From an uncultured delta proteobacterium (lineage in GTDB: Bacteria > Desulfobacterota > Desulfobacteria > Desulfobacterales > JAHEIW01): 64,000 nt of DNA. Positions 27,806 through 38,564 of the stretch are shown piece by piece. The stretch covers positions 64,001 through 128,000 of the forward strand of contig CAVPNL010000006.1 of assembly GCA_963706575.1 (NCBI GenBank), in the 5' to 3' direction. Under the pieces are notes generated by a model that searched no databases, was not told the DNA's origin, and was given only the letters and a program-made list of their open reading frames with translations. The first letter of the stretch is position 1. Each line of letters opens with the position of its first letter. The position numbers were made by a program, and so were the translations under genes.

Positions 27806-28495
27806 ATGACTAGCAAACACATTCTTGTTGTCGAAGACGAAGAGAAAATTACACGCTTGATTTGCGACTACTTGAAGGAGGCCGGTTTTCGGACCGCTTC
27901 TCAGGACAATGGTGACCGCGTTATTGCTCAGATTAAAAACGATCCGCCGGATTTGATTTTATTGGATATCATGCTGCCGGGCAAAGATGGGATGGAATTA
28001 TGCCGGGAGATCCGGCAGTTTTCCAATGTACCCATCATCATGATCACCGCCCGGGTGGAAGAAATCGACCGGTTGCTGGGTCTGGAGTTGGGCGCCGACG
28101 ATTATATCTGTAAACCATTCAGCCCCCGGGAAGTGGTTGCCCGGGTCAAGGCGCTATTCAGAAGGGTGCACCCCGAACCCCGAGAGGATCGTCTGGTTGT
28201 CGGTTCGATTTCGCTGGACGATGAAACCCATCAGGTGATGATCGAAAAAAAAGTGTTGAATCTGACGCCCAATGAGTTCGGGCTTTTAAAAATCATGATG
28301 AGCCGGCCCAATCGCGTGTTTTCCAGAAATGAGCTCATTAGCCGAGTTCAGGGGTATGACTTTGAAGGCTATGACCGCACCATCGACACTCACATAAAAA
28401 ATTTACGGAAAAAAATTGCGCAACGGCTTCCCAAACAGGAAATTATCAGCACTGTTTATGGTGTCGGGTACAAGTTCAAGGCGCCGCTCGACTGA
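27806..28495 (+). CDS. BaeR-like OmpR family response regulator
   Basis: VEDE, LDIMLP, GADDYICKPFSPRE, RTIDTHIKNLR. Confidence 0.93.
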   Translation: MTSKHILVVEDEEKITRLICDYLKEAGFRTASQDNGDRVIAQIKNDPPDLILLDIMLPGKDGMELCREIRQFSNVPIIMITARVEEIDRLLGLELGADDYICKPFSPREVVARVKALFRRVHPEPREDRLVVGSISLDDETHQVMIEKKVLNLTPNEFGLLKIMMSRPNRVFSRNELISRVQGYDFEGYDRTIDTHIKNLRKKIAQRLPKQEIISTVYGVGYKFKAPLD

Positions 28496-28613
28496 TCTTG
28501 TACTCGCAAGAAAATTATCGTATTAAAAAATAATGATATCACCAAGGTTCATTTGAACGTTTCCAGGCTGCAGAAATAAATCATGTCCGGCAAACTATTT
28601 TTAAGGAGTGCTT

Positions 28614-29585
28614 ATGCGAAACCTGGCTTTAGTCCTGACACTTTTGGGCGCCCTTCTCTTCTCATGGCCAATCGCCCTTGCTGCCGACCCCGCAGAAAAA
28701 TCCGAGGGCTTCAGCGGCAGGATTTCAGCCGGCGCCGGATTTATGACCAGTACAGATCAGCTTAAAACAACGGATGAGAATAAAAGGATCGATTCCTTAA
28801 GCGGCGCTGCGGATTGGTACGACAAATTCATGCCGCTGCCACTGTTTAACCTGCGTTACACCTTTGCAGAATCGGGCAGGCAGGTCTATTTTGGAACCCC
28901 TCCAGAACTCTCCGGTCCGCCGGGGCTTTCGCTGGGTTTTGTTCAACCCTTCTCAGATGGCAGCAAATTGGACCTGTCTGTTTTTACCCATTTATTTTCA
29001 GAAGTCTGGCGGGATCCTTACCTGACCAACACCGGCCGTAAAGAATCCCGGGAGTACAACTACGGCACCCGTATCGCGTACGACAAGATTCTCGGCACCG
29101 GCTTTAAGCTCTCATACGCATTTTCCCGCGTGGACGTTAATGTGGATGATATCGGTGATCGATTCAATGACCTGGAACGCGATGGCTACATGCATAACGC
29201 CGAAGTCGAATATGACTTTCGGCTGAGCCAGTCCATGTCGCTGGTTCCGGGCTTTGAATTGTCCATCGGTGACATAGACGGTGAAGCCAATGCCTACACC
29301 GGATATAAGTTGGGACTGGGCTTTCGCAAGTATTCAAAATCATACCAGCTCAGGTTGAAAGCAGCGATCGGCTGGGATGACTACGATGATACCCACCCTG
29401 TTTTTAACAAAACCCGCAATGATACAAATTATTCCGTTTTTGGGATGTTCACCCGCTCTGATCTTTTCGGGAAGGACTACCTTTTCGGAACCTTGATGGC
29501 AGGATACCGCTATCGGGACTCTAACATCGGCTTCCTGGAAGCACAAACTTTTCTGAGTGGCGCGATGATCGGGGTTGAGTTTTAA
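28614..29585 (+). CDS. Outer-membrane beta-barrel protein (DUF2860-like)
   Basis: Signal peptide, VWRDPY motif, amphipathic strands, terminal Phe. Confidence 0.75.
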   Translation: MRNLALVLTLLGALLFSWPIALAADPAEKSEGFSGRISAGAGFMTSTDQLKTTDENKRIDSLSGAADWYDKFMPLPLFNLRYTFAESGRQVYFGTPPELSGPPGLSLGFVQPFSDGSKLDLSVFTHLFSEVWRDPYLTNTGRKESREYNYGTRIAYDKILGTGFKLSYAFSRVDVNVDDIGDRFNDLERDGYMHNAEVEYDFRLSQSMSLVPGFELSIGDIDGEANAYTGYKLGLGFRKYSKSYQLRLKAAIGWDDYDDTHPVFNKTRNDTNYSVFGMFTRSDLFGKDYLFGTLMAGYRYRDSNIGFLEAQTFLSGAMIGVEF

Positions 29586-29683
29586 AGCGTAAAATTCGCG
29601 CGTAAAAATTTCGCGACAGCTTCCCGGCCAGGAAATCATCAGCACGGTTTACCGTGTCGGGTAATAGTTAACTGGAGGAGAAC

Positions 29684-30103
29684 ATGAAAGACACCTTAAA
29701 ACCCGGCCTGACCTATCAGTTTAACTATGAGGTTCCGGAAGATAAAACCGTTCCGTTTCTTTACCCTGAAGCACCGGAATTGCAGCAAATGCCAAAAGTT
29801 CTGGCCACCGGGTTTATGGTGGGCCTGTTTGAATGGACCTGCATCCAGGCCATCAACCCGCACATCGACTGGCCCGACGAGCAAACCGTGGGCATCGGGA
29901 TAAACCTGAATCATCTGGCCGCAACACCGCCGGGTCTGACCGTTAACGTGGAGGTTAAACTGGAAGAAGTGGACGGAAGAAGGCTGGTCTTTTCAATTGT
30001 GGCCGACGACGGCATCGACATCATTTCCAAAGGAACCCATGAACGGTTCATCATCGATGCCGCTAAATTTAATAGGAAGGTCGCAGAAAAAGTGAACAAA
30101 TGA
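29684..30103 (+). CDS. Fluoroacetyl-CoA-type hot-dog thioesterase (FlK family)
   Basis: VLATGFMVGLFE, TVG..HLAATPPG, GTHER. Confidence 0.88.
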   Translation: MKDTLKPGLTYQFNYEVPEDKTVPFLYPEAPELQQMPKVLATGFMVGLFEWTCIQAINPHIDWPDEQTVGIGINLNHLAATPPGLTVNVEVKLEEVDGRRLVFSIVADDGIDIISKGTHERFIIDAAKFNRKVAEKVNK

Positions 30104-30202
30104 GCTGCATCTTAAATGATCATATATATTCGCCATATCTACAAGATGCACCACGATTAGCGGTAAAGTGTGAAAAAAAAATAGATTTTATGTTTGCACC
30201 GG

Positions 30203-30682
30203 TTACCGCCAAGCTTCAATCAACTCAAAATGATAAAAGACAAGCTTCCATTGACCATTTGTTTTTACCCATGTGGAAGACCATCGTTTTTTAGCAGATA
30301 CCCACGGGTACTCTTTGTGTTTCCTTGAGATTTTGTAATTCCCGCAAGCGATACCAGTTTTGCCAATCACACCTGCTTGCGAGGTCACAAAATTGAAATC
30401 GTAGTATTCATACTGAGATAGCAATTCTTTCAACTGCTGTTTCCAGAGTTCCTTATCAATGATTTTATGATTCGTAATGTATTCATACCTGAATGTAAAT
30501 CCAAAAGCGTCTGCTTCGATATCGGCAATAATGTCGACATCCCAATGAACCAAAGAATCATTATATCGTTTAACTGCTGCTTTAAATTCCTCCAAGTCGT
30601 CGGCGCGGGCAATAGAAGTGTTCATCGCCAAAGCTAGCATCAACAAAAGAATAAGTGGCATAAAAACATTTGGTTTCATCAT
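30203..30682 (-). CDS. Secreted NTF2/SnoaL-like (DUF4440) protein
   Basis: Signal peptide ending ARA; C-terminal TWVKTNGQWKLVFYH. Confidence 0.75.
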   Translation of the reverse strand: MMKPNVFMPLILLLMLALAMNTSIARADDLEEFKAAVKRYNDSLVHWDVDIIADIEADAFGFTFRYEYITNHKIIDKELWKQQLKELLSQYEYYDFNFVTSQAGVIGKTGIACGNYKISRKHKEYPWVSAKKRWSSTWVKTNGQWKLVFYHFELIEAWR

Positions 30683-30951
30683 TTCCTCCTTTTGTTTTGT
30701 TTATAACAAACTCTGAAATGGTTATCTTTCGGTATCATTTCAGCGCAGAAGGAAAATTATAGCTACGGGAATTCAGATTGACTGGCAGCAATAAGCAGGG
30801 AGATTCCGATATCTGAATGAAATACGGCGTGAGAGTGTGCGATAGATGATATCCTCTCACATAAATATAGATGCATATAATTGTCAAGAAATATACCTTA
30901 TCGGTGCCGCCAAATTTAATGCCGGGGTAGCTGACAAAAGAAATTAGGAAA

Positions 30952-32355
30952 TCACCCCTTTTCCTGGAAAAACCAGGATTTCAGTCGAGCAGGCCAATAT
31001 CGGGGGCTGCGCAGTTTTTTCCAGGAGAGTTTGGCCAGGGTCATCTGCTCATCATCTAGCGCCACTTCCCCGTAAACAACCAAGTTGAAGGCCTCGACGA
31101 TTCCTCCTATCTCTCCAGTGAGAGACGGGAACTGCTTTTTGAGGCGTGAACCATATTCGGCAGGGGTCTCGCTCAAAAGATGCGGCAGACCGCTAAGGCG
31201 CCCCCACTGCAGAAAGGCACGGTAGAGCTGAACTGCATCCTGGTAACCCTTTAGCCTTTGAACCGCTCTTTTCAAGCCCATACCAAGGGCCGCCCACAGC
31301 CTTTGAACCCACCATAACGCCAGTTGCCAATGAATGTATTTTCTTTCTTCTTTAGACGTCTTCGAGAATAGCCAGCGCAGCAGGTACCACGCACCAACCA
31401 CGCAAAGAAAGAGGCCCATCAACAGCACCAGGCCTAAAACCCCTCCTCCCAAGATTTTCTGGATCGGCTCACTAAACCAGCTGCTTTCACCGAGAGGGAT
31501 GTACTCCGCCTCACCCTGGCCGGTCGCGGGAAAGGACAGCTCTTCCTGCGGCAGGTTGCCAAATAAAAAAAGCAACACCCGCTCCAAAACAGGGAGCAAC
31601 GGCCCGGCTGCTGATTTCAATACCGTATGACCTGCCTGGGCAGCAGCACTTAGGTAGGTCATGAAAAACAATACCAGGCCGGCCCCAAAGGCAAGAACCA
31701 CCACGGTAAAGCTTAGTAGCATCCCAACTCCCCGATAGCCCGCAAGGAAATGCCTGCGTGTACTGCTTCTGTTTCTGGCCAGGCCGACAGCCAAAAGGCT
31801 GAAGATAAAAAATGGAAACAGCAGGAGCGCCGGTGCGGGATCCCTTACCTCGACCCCCCATTTTACCAGCAAAATCGATTTTAATACAAAAAGACAAAAG
31901 AAGGCGGCCACTCCGTAATCGAAACGGAGACATATGGAGAGGTACGCAGTTGACCTTCTGGACAAGGCCACGCCTGCCAGCCAAAAAACCAACGCAAAGA
32001 TCAGGATGATTACAAGTATCAACCACTCCAGTGGATCCCTGGTTCTGCCTGAGAACTCCACGAGCCACTCCTTGCCAAAATAGGGGTATGCCCTGTAGTT
32101 GAAGGTGTATACTATCCTCGAGGCAGCGAGTAAGAATCCTATTATATGGAGCCCCAATATCGATATCACCCGCAAAGCCATTCCCCGGACTATCCTGCTA
32201 ATCACTACCGCCAGAAGAAATGTGCCGACCGCCTCGAGCAAGGGAAAAGGTCGTTGCACGATAGCGGTCATCAGAAAGGTCGCGCACGCATAGAGCCAGC
32301 ACAGCTCCATCCCAACGTGGGCCAAAGATAACACAGCGCCTCGATCCTTGCTCAT
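30952..32355 (-). CDS. Multi-TM protein with C-terminal DUF4129
   Basis: About 10 TM helices; SETPAEY..F..VVYG motif. Confidence 0.8.
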   Translation of the reverse strand: MSKDRGAVLSLAHVGMELCWLYACATFLMTAIVQRPFPLLEAVGTFLLAVVISRIVRGMALRVISILGLHIIGFLLAASRIVYTFNYRAYPYFGKEWLVEFSGRTRDPLEWLILVIILIFALVFWLAGVALSRRSTAYLSICLRFDYGVAAFFCLFVLKSILLVKWGVEVRDPAPALLLFPFFIFSLLAVGLARNRSSTRRHFLAGYRGVGMLLSFTVVVLAFGAGLVLFFMTYLSAAAQAGHTVLKSAAGPLLPVLERVLLFLFGNLPQEELSFPATGQGEAEYIPLGESSWFSEPIQKILGGGVLGLVLLMGLFLCVVGAWYLLRWLFSKTSKEERKYIHWQLALWWVQRLWAALGMGLKRAVQRLKGYQDAVQLYRAFLQWGRLSGLPHLLSETPAEYGSRLKKQFPSLTGEIGGIVEAFNLVVYGEVALDDEQMTLAKLSWKKLRSPRYWPARLKSWFFQEKG

Positions 32356-33551
32356 GGTTTGTGAGCCTCCTCTATGCGAATCTCATCCAGACAAACCATT
32401 TTATCTTCAAACTGATGCCCATCTCCCTCCCCTGGGGCAAGCGAGGAGCACACCACGAATATCATTGGAATCCTTCTGTGCGAAAAGTATTGGGCAGTAG
32501 CCGGTGTTCCTTCGTCCTGCTCGTATGAGAAGTGAACACCGCTCACGCCCCAGGGTAATTTCAGAGCTCGGGACATTGAATCTGCGAGACTCCCATTGGC
32601 CCTCATCTTGAGTCTGGCGAGAATTTCCAGGATAGAGGAAAGCTTCTGCGGGCTTCTTCCCATTGGCAGGGTAGACGGACCTCCTTCCACCACGCCGTTG
32701 GTCACGAGTCCCAGTGCATAGCCTCTCTTATAGGATTGAACGGCCAGAGACCCCACCACCTCAAGGGTGCGCTCAAAGCTCTCTGATGCGTTGGCTCTCT
32801 CGAATTGGCTTACCTCAACCGCCAATAATACCTTTTTCTGTTGCGAGGGCTCAAACACCTTTTCCTGGAGCCGATTTTGGCGCGCGCTCGCCTTCCAGTG
32901 AATGTGGCGGGCAGGCCGCCCGTGCTGGTAATCTCTGGTGCCGAGTATGTAGATGGGATCCTGTACCGAGCTTTTGCCCCCCGGTACACCGAAAAAATCA
33001 CGGCTCGGCAGCGAAAGGGGCTTCAGCGGCACGAGCCTGGGGTACACGATGACATCAATATCACCCTCTGTTCTCTTCTCCCTGGGAAAGAAGCCGAAGA
33101 GATCACCTACCTCCATATGGACCGAGCCCACGCGATATACCCCTCTGCGCCGGGCAACAAGCTCCCAGTTGAAGTCGGCCTGCTGATACCACAGTAACCA
33201 GCAATCGCTGGTGAAGTTAATTTCCCCGGAGGAGGGGTCTAGCGCACCCTCCACGTGCATGCTCATCTGGAGCCACAAAGGCAGAAACCTGGCGTTTTCC
33301 GCGCTCACATGCAGGGTAAGGGATTCGCCGGGGAAGAGCTTTTGTTTATCCACCCTCGCAGAGCACCGAATTCCGGAAAGACTTAGCCTGCTCCACAGAT
33401 TTGTCCCGATCGTGATCCCTAAAACGATGAGAGCCAAAATGGTGAGCTCCCGTTGGTAATATAGCAGCGAGATAAAGAGGCAAACTCCTACTATCAACTG
33501 CATCAAAGGGATAACAAATACAGAGGGAAGCCGATCTTCCATAGTTTCCAT
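32352..33551 (-). CDS. DUF58 protein
   Basis: RRGVY, GDLFGF, VYP, RDYQHG..RHIHWKASAR. Confidence 0.9.
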   Translation of the reverse strand: METMEDRLPSVFVIPLMQLIVGVCLFISLLYYQRELTILALIVLGITIGTNLWSRLSLSGIRCSARVDKQKLFPGESLTLHVSAENARFLPLWLQMSMHVEGALDPSSGEINFTSDCWLLWYQQADFNWELVARRRGVYRVGSVHMEVGDLFGFFPREKRTEGDIDVIVYPRLVPLKPLSLPSRDFFGVPGGKSSVQDPIYILGTRDYQHGRPARHIHWKASARQNRLQEKVFEPSQQKKVLLAVEVSQFERANASESFERTLEVVGSLAVQSYKRGYALGLVTNGVVEGGPSTLPMGRSPQKLSSILEILARLKMRANGSLADSMSRALKLPWGVSGVHFSYEQDEGTPATAQYFSHRRIPMIFVVCSSLAPGEGDGHQFEDKMVCLDEIRIEEAHKP

Positions 33552-33561
33552 ATCAATTCTT

Positions 33562-34500
33562 CTATTCGGTAGGTGCGGGAACCGTTATCTGCTCTAAAAT
33601 CTCCTCAAGAAGTTGCTGCGGTGTTCCGCCACGTAAGCGCTCCTCGTCGGTCAGGATCAGTCGATGTGCGAGGACGGGCACGACCAGGTGTTTGATATCG
33701 TCCGGCAGCACAAAATCTCTCCCCCGAAGTGCCGCCAGCGCCTGACCGGTACGCATCAAACCGAGAGAACCCCGGGGGCTTGCCCCGAAACGCAAGGCCT
33801 TGCTTTTGCGGGTGGCCCTCACGATATCCACGATGTATTCCCGTACCGGAAGGGAGATTCGGATCTTTTTGCGGGTACCTTGCAGCTCGGTGATCTGCTC
33901 GGGGCGTGCCACTTCCTTGAGACTTTTTAAAGGGTCTTTGTCTCGAAAGCGTTCCAGCATTGAGATCTCCTCATCCTTCTCGGGGTACCCCAGGCGGAGT
34001 TTGAGCAGAAACCGATCAAGCTGTGCCTCTGGCAAGGGGAAGGTTCCTTCCAGCTCAATTGGATTCTGAGTGGCCATTACGAAGAAGGGACGAGGCAGGA
34101 GATGGGTCTGACCATCCACGGTTACCTGCCGTTCCTCCATGCTCTCGAGCAGGCTGGACTGGGTGCGGGGAATCGTACGGTTAATCTCATCGGCCAGCAA
34201 AATATTGGCGATTACCGGCCCCGATTGATACGTAAAGTGGCCGGTTTGCTGATTATAGACGTTAAAGCCGGTGATATCCGCGGGTAGCAGATCCGGGGTA
34301 AGTTGCACCCTCTTAAATGTTCCGCCAATCGTCCTCGCCAAGGACTTAGCCATTAAGGTCTTCCCCAGTCCAGGAACATCCTCAATGAGCGCATGGCCAT
34401 CTGCAATAAAGGCCACCAGCAAAAGTTCAATGGCGGGCCGTTTTCCCACGATCACCCGGGATATGTTCTCTATTATCCGCTCACATAAAGAAAAATCCAA
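33562..34500 (-). CDS. MoxR family AAA+ ATPase
   Basis: EDVPGLGKT, TPDLLPAD, DEINR, ATQNPIE, PEAQLDRF, GASPR. Confidence 0.95.
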   Translation of the reverse strand: MDFSLCERIIENISRVIVGKRPAIELLLVAFIADGHALIEDVPGLGKTLMAKSLARTIGGTFKRVQLTPDLLPADITGFNVYNQQTGHFTYQSGPVIANILLADEINRTIPRTQSSLLESMEERQVTVDGQTHLLPRPFFVMATQNPIELEGTFPLPEAQLDRFLLKLRLGYPEKDEEISMLERFRDKDPLKSLKEVARPEQITELQGTRKKIRISLPVREYIVDIVRATRKSKALRFGASPRGSLGLMRTGQALAALRGRDFVLPDDIKHLVVPVLAHRLILTDEERLRGGTPQQLLEEILEQITVPAPTE

Positions 34501-34517
34501 TTGAGCACCTCCGCAAT

Positions 34518-34553
34518 GAAAAACCCCATTTCTCGCATCAAGAAATGGGGTTT
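34518..34553 (-). terminator. Leader terminator (attenuator) just before the MoxR RBS
   Basis: AAACCCCATTTCT / AGAAATGGGGTTT 13-bp stem with U-tract, about 20 nt before the start codon. Confidence 0.75.
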
Positions 34554-34907
34554 CCGGTTTTAAACCATGACCACCTCTGGGTTTCGGTTAGCGTATTTGT
34601 AAATATAGTTAATTTACTACCATGATTTTGTTTTTACAGTCAATAACACCGCTAATGATTTCGCTTTTTAAATCCATGTGAATTTATTGAAAAAAGAGAA
34701 ACGCTGCTTATGTTAAATCCGTGTTGGCTGAAAGGCTTTAGAAGTGACACGGAGGACTCCACCCAGTCTTTCAGTTGCGATTGATGCCAGATGGCATACT
34801 TAAAGCATGCTTTTAGAACCCTCCTCGGAGCAATTCAACCATCTTGAAAAATCGCCATGCGTGTTTACGGTAATTTGAACATCTCTGCATAAAGGGACTG
34901 ATATCCT

Positions 34908-35962
34908 GTGAACAATTCAAACACACCCAAAAGCTACGGTTCCAGCGGCTTTTTGATCGCAACTGCCTGTCTGCTTTTGTTGCTGTCGTTCGGCTATCGT
35001 GCCGGTTTTGGCCTGTTTGTAAAGCCGATCACCGAAACCAACGGCTGGGGGCGTGAAATCATTTCGATTGCGCTGGCCGTTCAAAACCTTTTCTGGGGCA
35101 TCATTGCGCTTTTTGCCGGGGGGTTGGCGGATCGTTTTGGTAATGTTAAAGTGGTGATTGCCGGAACATTTCTTTACGCCCTGGGCATGGTGCTGATGCC
35201 GGGCGTGGATAGTCCCTGGCGGCTGAACGCTTCCGCCGGGATATTGGTCGGTGCGGGGATTGCCGGTACCTCATTCGGTATCATACTGCCGGCCATGGCC
35301 AGGGCCGTCGGCCCGGAACGGCAGCAGTGGGCACTAGGGCTGGGGACTGCGGCCGGCTCCATCGGCCAGTTTGCGATCGTACCGGTCTCGCAATTTCTAA
35401 TCGATGCTTACGGCTGGGGACCGGCGCTCAACATATTAGCAGGCTCGGCGCTGATAATGGCCTTGCTGGCCATGCCGCTGGCGCCCTATTCAGGACGACC
35501 GCCGTCGGCGCAATCGCAAAAGGACCAGACGGTTCCGGAATCATATCAGGCAAGATGCCCATGCGATACCTGCTGGTGATCATCTATTCTGCGCGGGCAG
35601 TTGTGATCACCCTGTTTTTATGGGTCCCCTTCAGCCTTGTGTCGGTGCTGGTGTTTAGCGCCACGATGGGGTTTTTATGGCTGGCCACCGTGCCGCCGAC
35701 CTCGGGTCTGGTTGCCGTCATGTTCGGAACCCGCTACATGGCCATGCTTTACGGCATCGTATTTTTCGGCCATCAGGTAGGCAGTTTTATCGGCGTCTGG
35801 CTGGGCGGCTGGTTGTATGACCGCAGCGGAAGTTACGATCCGGTATGGTGGTTGGGGGCCGCCCTGGGTGTGATGGCAGCCATTTTGCACTGGCTCATGA
35901 GTGAGCGTCCCGTAAAGCGGCTTGCTGCTGAAAATCTTTCAATTTTCCATTCGCAAGGATGA
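34908..35962 (+). pseudogene. MFS transporter with an internal deletion and frameshift at about 35540
   Basis: N-half (GGLADRFG) jumps out of frame directly to the last TM helices (TVPPTSGLV..HQVG..LYD); middle helices missing. Confidence 0.75.
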
Positions 35963-35971
35963 TGAACCGAA

Positions 35972-36517
35972 ATGAATGATTTAAAAAGATACCTCACCTT
36001 CAGGGATCAGATTCAGACCATGGATCTCATTCAATGGCATGGCGATAGCTTGATCAGCAAAATTATCAGATGGAAGACGGGCGGCTCCGAGACTCACAGC
36101 GGGATTGCGTGCCGGCTGGCTGATGTTGACAGGGTAATGACACTGGAAGCGATCAGCAAGGGTGCCGTTCCGAACCCGTTAAGTAAAGTTTTGGGAAAGT
36201 ATAATGGTAAAGCCTACTGGCACCCTTTGAAAGAAGAATATCGACCCTATGTCGCCGAGGCGTTTAACTGGATGTATGACAGAATCGGTACCGGCTACGA
36301 TTATGAAAGCGTCACCAGCCACCTGTTCGGCAGAGTGTCTGCCGATGCGCGGGCATTATTTTGCAGCGAATATGTGTTTTTGGGCTGGAAGGTAAGATGT
36401 GCTGAAGAACTGGCAATCGAACTATTTGAGTGGTTGCTGGATATTAAAGAAGTTCCCCTGCCGTCTGAGTTACATAAGATTGGTATTTATGAAGAAGCGG
36501 GTAAAAGAATCCTCTAA
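35972..36517 (+). CDS. Permuted papain-like NlpC/P60 amidase (YiiX/YaeF-like)
   Basis: His before Cys: THSGI ... GYD ... LFCSEYV. Confidence 0.75.
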   Translation: MNDLKRYLTFRDQIQTMDLIQWHGDSLISKIIRWKTGGSETHSGIACRLADVDRVMTLEAISKGAVPNPLSKVLGKYNGKAYWHPLKEEYRPYVAEAFNWMYDRIGTGYDYESVTSHLFGRVSADARALFCSEYVFLGWKVRCAEELAIELFEWLLDIKEVPLPSELHKIGIYEEAGKRIL

Positions 36518-36873
36518 GTCCTATATACGATGCGACCTAAAAAGTACAGGCTATCCCAGTCGCCCATTGCGGAACAACCGAGATAGCCTAACCATGACAC
36601 CAAACCAGTAAAGAGGGGCAAGCATCATGGGCAAAAGGAAGTTTAACATTTATGGTTGATAAAAAACAATAGATAAAATCTAATCCAAGAAAAAAAATGA
36701 CTTCCGGGCCAAGTGATAACCCGCTTTTGGGTTCAGTTAACTGCCGGATCCGACTGTCTCTCATTTCATTTTTCAGCGTATGGTATTGACTTGCCCGGTC
36801 GACCGGTGATATTTTAAGATTAAGCTCCAGAAGGAATTTTGCTGCAGGTAACCCAAACCACGTCATCCGGAAA

Positions 36874-37239
36874 ATGCCACCTGAAATAACCATAAAAAAT
36901 GATTATATTTTAATCGAACCCAAAGCCGGGATTGATTTCAGAGAGATACAACAGGGCGTTGCAAGGTTATTCTATGTGAAAGAGATTCCGGAACAAAATA
37001 GAATCTGGGTATTTCGTGAGGGCCCGCAAAATTTGTCCTTCGATGATTTGTCCAGGCTGAAAGACATCGTAAAACAAAACTACCCCAAAGATTCCAGGAT
37101 AAACAAAACGGCACTGGTCGTTGAATCCGAGGCGCAGTCGGACCTGGCAGAAGTCTTTACAAAAATCGCCGAAGATTTGCCCCAGACTTTTAAAGTCTTT
37201 TCCAATTTGGCGGATGCTGAGGAGTGGGTAAGGCAATAA
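36874..37239 (+). CDS. Hypothetical protein (SpoIIAA/STAS-SEC14-like)
   Basis: KTALVV..FKVFSNLADAEEW C-terminal motif. Confidence 0.7.
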   Translation: MPPEITIKNDYILIEPKAGIDFREIQQGVARLFYVKEIPEQNRIWVFREGPQNLSFDDLSRLKDIVKQNYPKDSRINKTALVVESEAQSDLAEVFTKIAEDLPQTFKVFSNLADAEEWVRQ

Positions 37240-37251
37240 TACAGCGTTTTC

Positions 37252-37285
37252 TCCAATTCCAAAATCCAAATTCCAAAATCAAAAT
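37252..37285. repeat. Heptamer tandem repeat (TCCAAAA/TCCAAAT)
   Basis: TCCAATTCCAAAATCCAAATTCCAAAATCAAAAT between convergent genes. Confidence 0.65.
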
Positions 37286-37310
37286 AACAGACGCGACGCG
37301 TTGTCGGCGC

Positions 37311-37880
37311 TTAAATCAATCCCGCATCTTCAAACAGTTTTTTAATTCCCTGTTTATGGGTGTATATCTCTTCACGGGTAAGCCCTTCCAGTTCGTGAGG
37401 AAAAACCAGCCACTCATCAGTCTCATGAATACAATAATCGGGTACAATGTCCGTTAAATTGTATTTTGGCTTAAACCAGGCAGTGGCAATGCGAATGTCT
37501 TTCGGCATATTGCGGCGCATTTTGGCCCTAAGGGCCTCGAGTATTGCCTTAATGCTGCTGCCGGTATCAAACACATCATCCACGATCAGGAGGCCGTCTT
37601 CCCAGTTCGCATGCCGGATGACATATTCCAGCCCGTGGACGCGCACCTTTTTGTCACGCTTTTTGATACCATAATAAGACGAGGTGCGGATGGCGATATG
37701 ATCGGTTTTAACTCCCAGATGGTCCAGTATTTCCTGAACCGCAATCCCGACCGGTGTGCCGCCGCGCCAAACGCCAATGATAAAACTGGGTTTGAAGCCG
37801 CTTTTGAATATACGCAGGCCGAGCTCAAAGGAATCAATCAGCAGTTCCTGGGCGGTAAGGTAACGTTTTTGCTCATCCAT
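37311..37880 (-). CDS. Type I phosphoribosyltransferase (purine salvage-like)
   Basis: WRGG, LLIVDDVFDTG PRPP loop, WLVFPHE. Confidence 0.88.
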   Translation of the reverse strand: MDEQKRYLTAQELLIDSFELGLRIFKSGFKPSFIIGVWRGGTPVGIAVQEILDHLGVKTDHIAIRTSSYYGIKKRDKKVRVHGLEYVIRHANWEDGLLIVDDVFDTGSSIKAILEALRAKMRRNMPKDIRIATAWFKPKYNLTDIVPDYCIHETDEWLVFPHELEGLTREEIYTHKQGIKKLFEDAGLI

Positions 37881-38018
37881 AATCTGAAAAAGGGCTCCTT
37901 TTAAATGGAATCATAGTTTTGTTAGGGCATTATATTTTTTATTTAAACTTTTTTGTCAAATTAAAAATTCGAGCTATTTTTTTTCTTCCTTTTCCAGCAA
38001 AGAAGATGTTAGCGGATC

Positions 38019-38564
38019 TCAAGGACGATCGGAATACAGCACACCGTAATTGTTAAGCGATACTTTATCGTAAGGCAGGCTTTCTCTCGGATGCGCGGAC
38101 TTGCGCTCATCCGGGTAGCCGATGGCAACGATTGATACTACCTTGATATGCGCCGGCAGGTTCAGTATTTCAGCGATATACGCTTCAGCTGTTTGCGTGT
38201 CATCGTGCTTTCTTTCTCTGATCTGGATCCAGCAACTCCCGAGCGCGAGGGATGCGGCAGCCAGATGAATAAAAGTGGACGCAATCGATGCATCTTCAAT
38301 CCACACGTCACTTATCTGGGGATTTGCACATACTACGATTCCCAGAGCTGCATCTTTCAAAAAAGTCGCTCCATGCGGTTTTGCGCTGGAAAGCTTTTGC
38401 AGCAAAGCGGAATCGGTAACGACAACAAATTCCCACGAATTTTTCCCCCTCGATGTCGGTGCGCGCAGCAAAGCTTCCACCAACGAATCGATTTTTTCGG
38501 ACTCTACCGGTTTGTCCAGGTATTTTCGGATACTTCTGCGTCTTTGAGCTAATGATAGAAACAT
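38019..38564 (-). CDS. Nitroreductase family protein
   Basis: RRSIRKY, APTS, LGSCW, IGYP; AAGGAGG RBS before ATG 38564. Confidence 0.92.
   Translation of the reverse strand: MFLSLAQRRRSIRKYLDKPVESEKIDSLVEALLRAPTSRGKNSWEFVVVTDSALLQKLSSAKPHGATFLKDAALGIVVCANPQISDVWIEDASIASTFIHLAAASLALGSCWIQIRERKHDDTQTAEAYIAEILNLPAHIKVVSIVAIGYPDERKSAHPRESLPYDKVSLNNYGVLYSDRP

Noticed and set aside
36588..36893. 101-aa minus-strand ORF
   Set aside because: No RBS or motif, overlaps the start of 36874-37239; probably spurious
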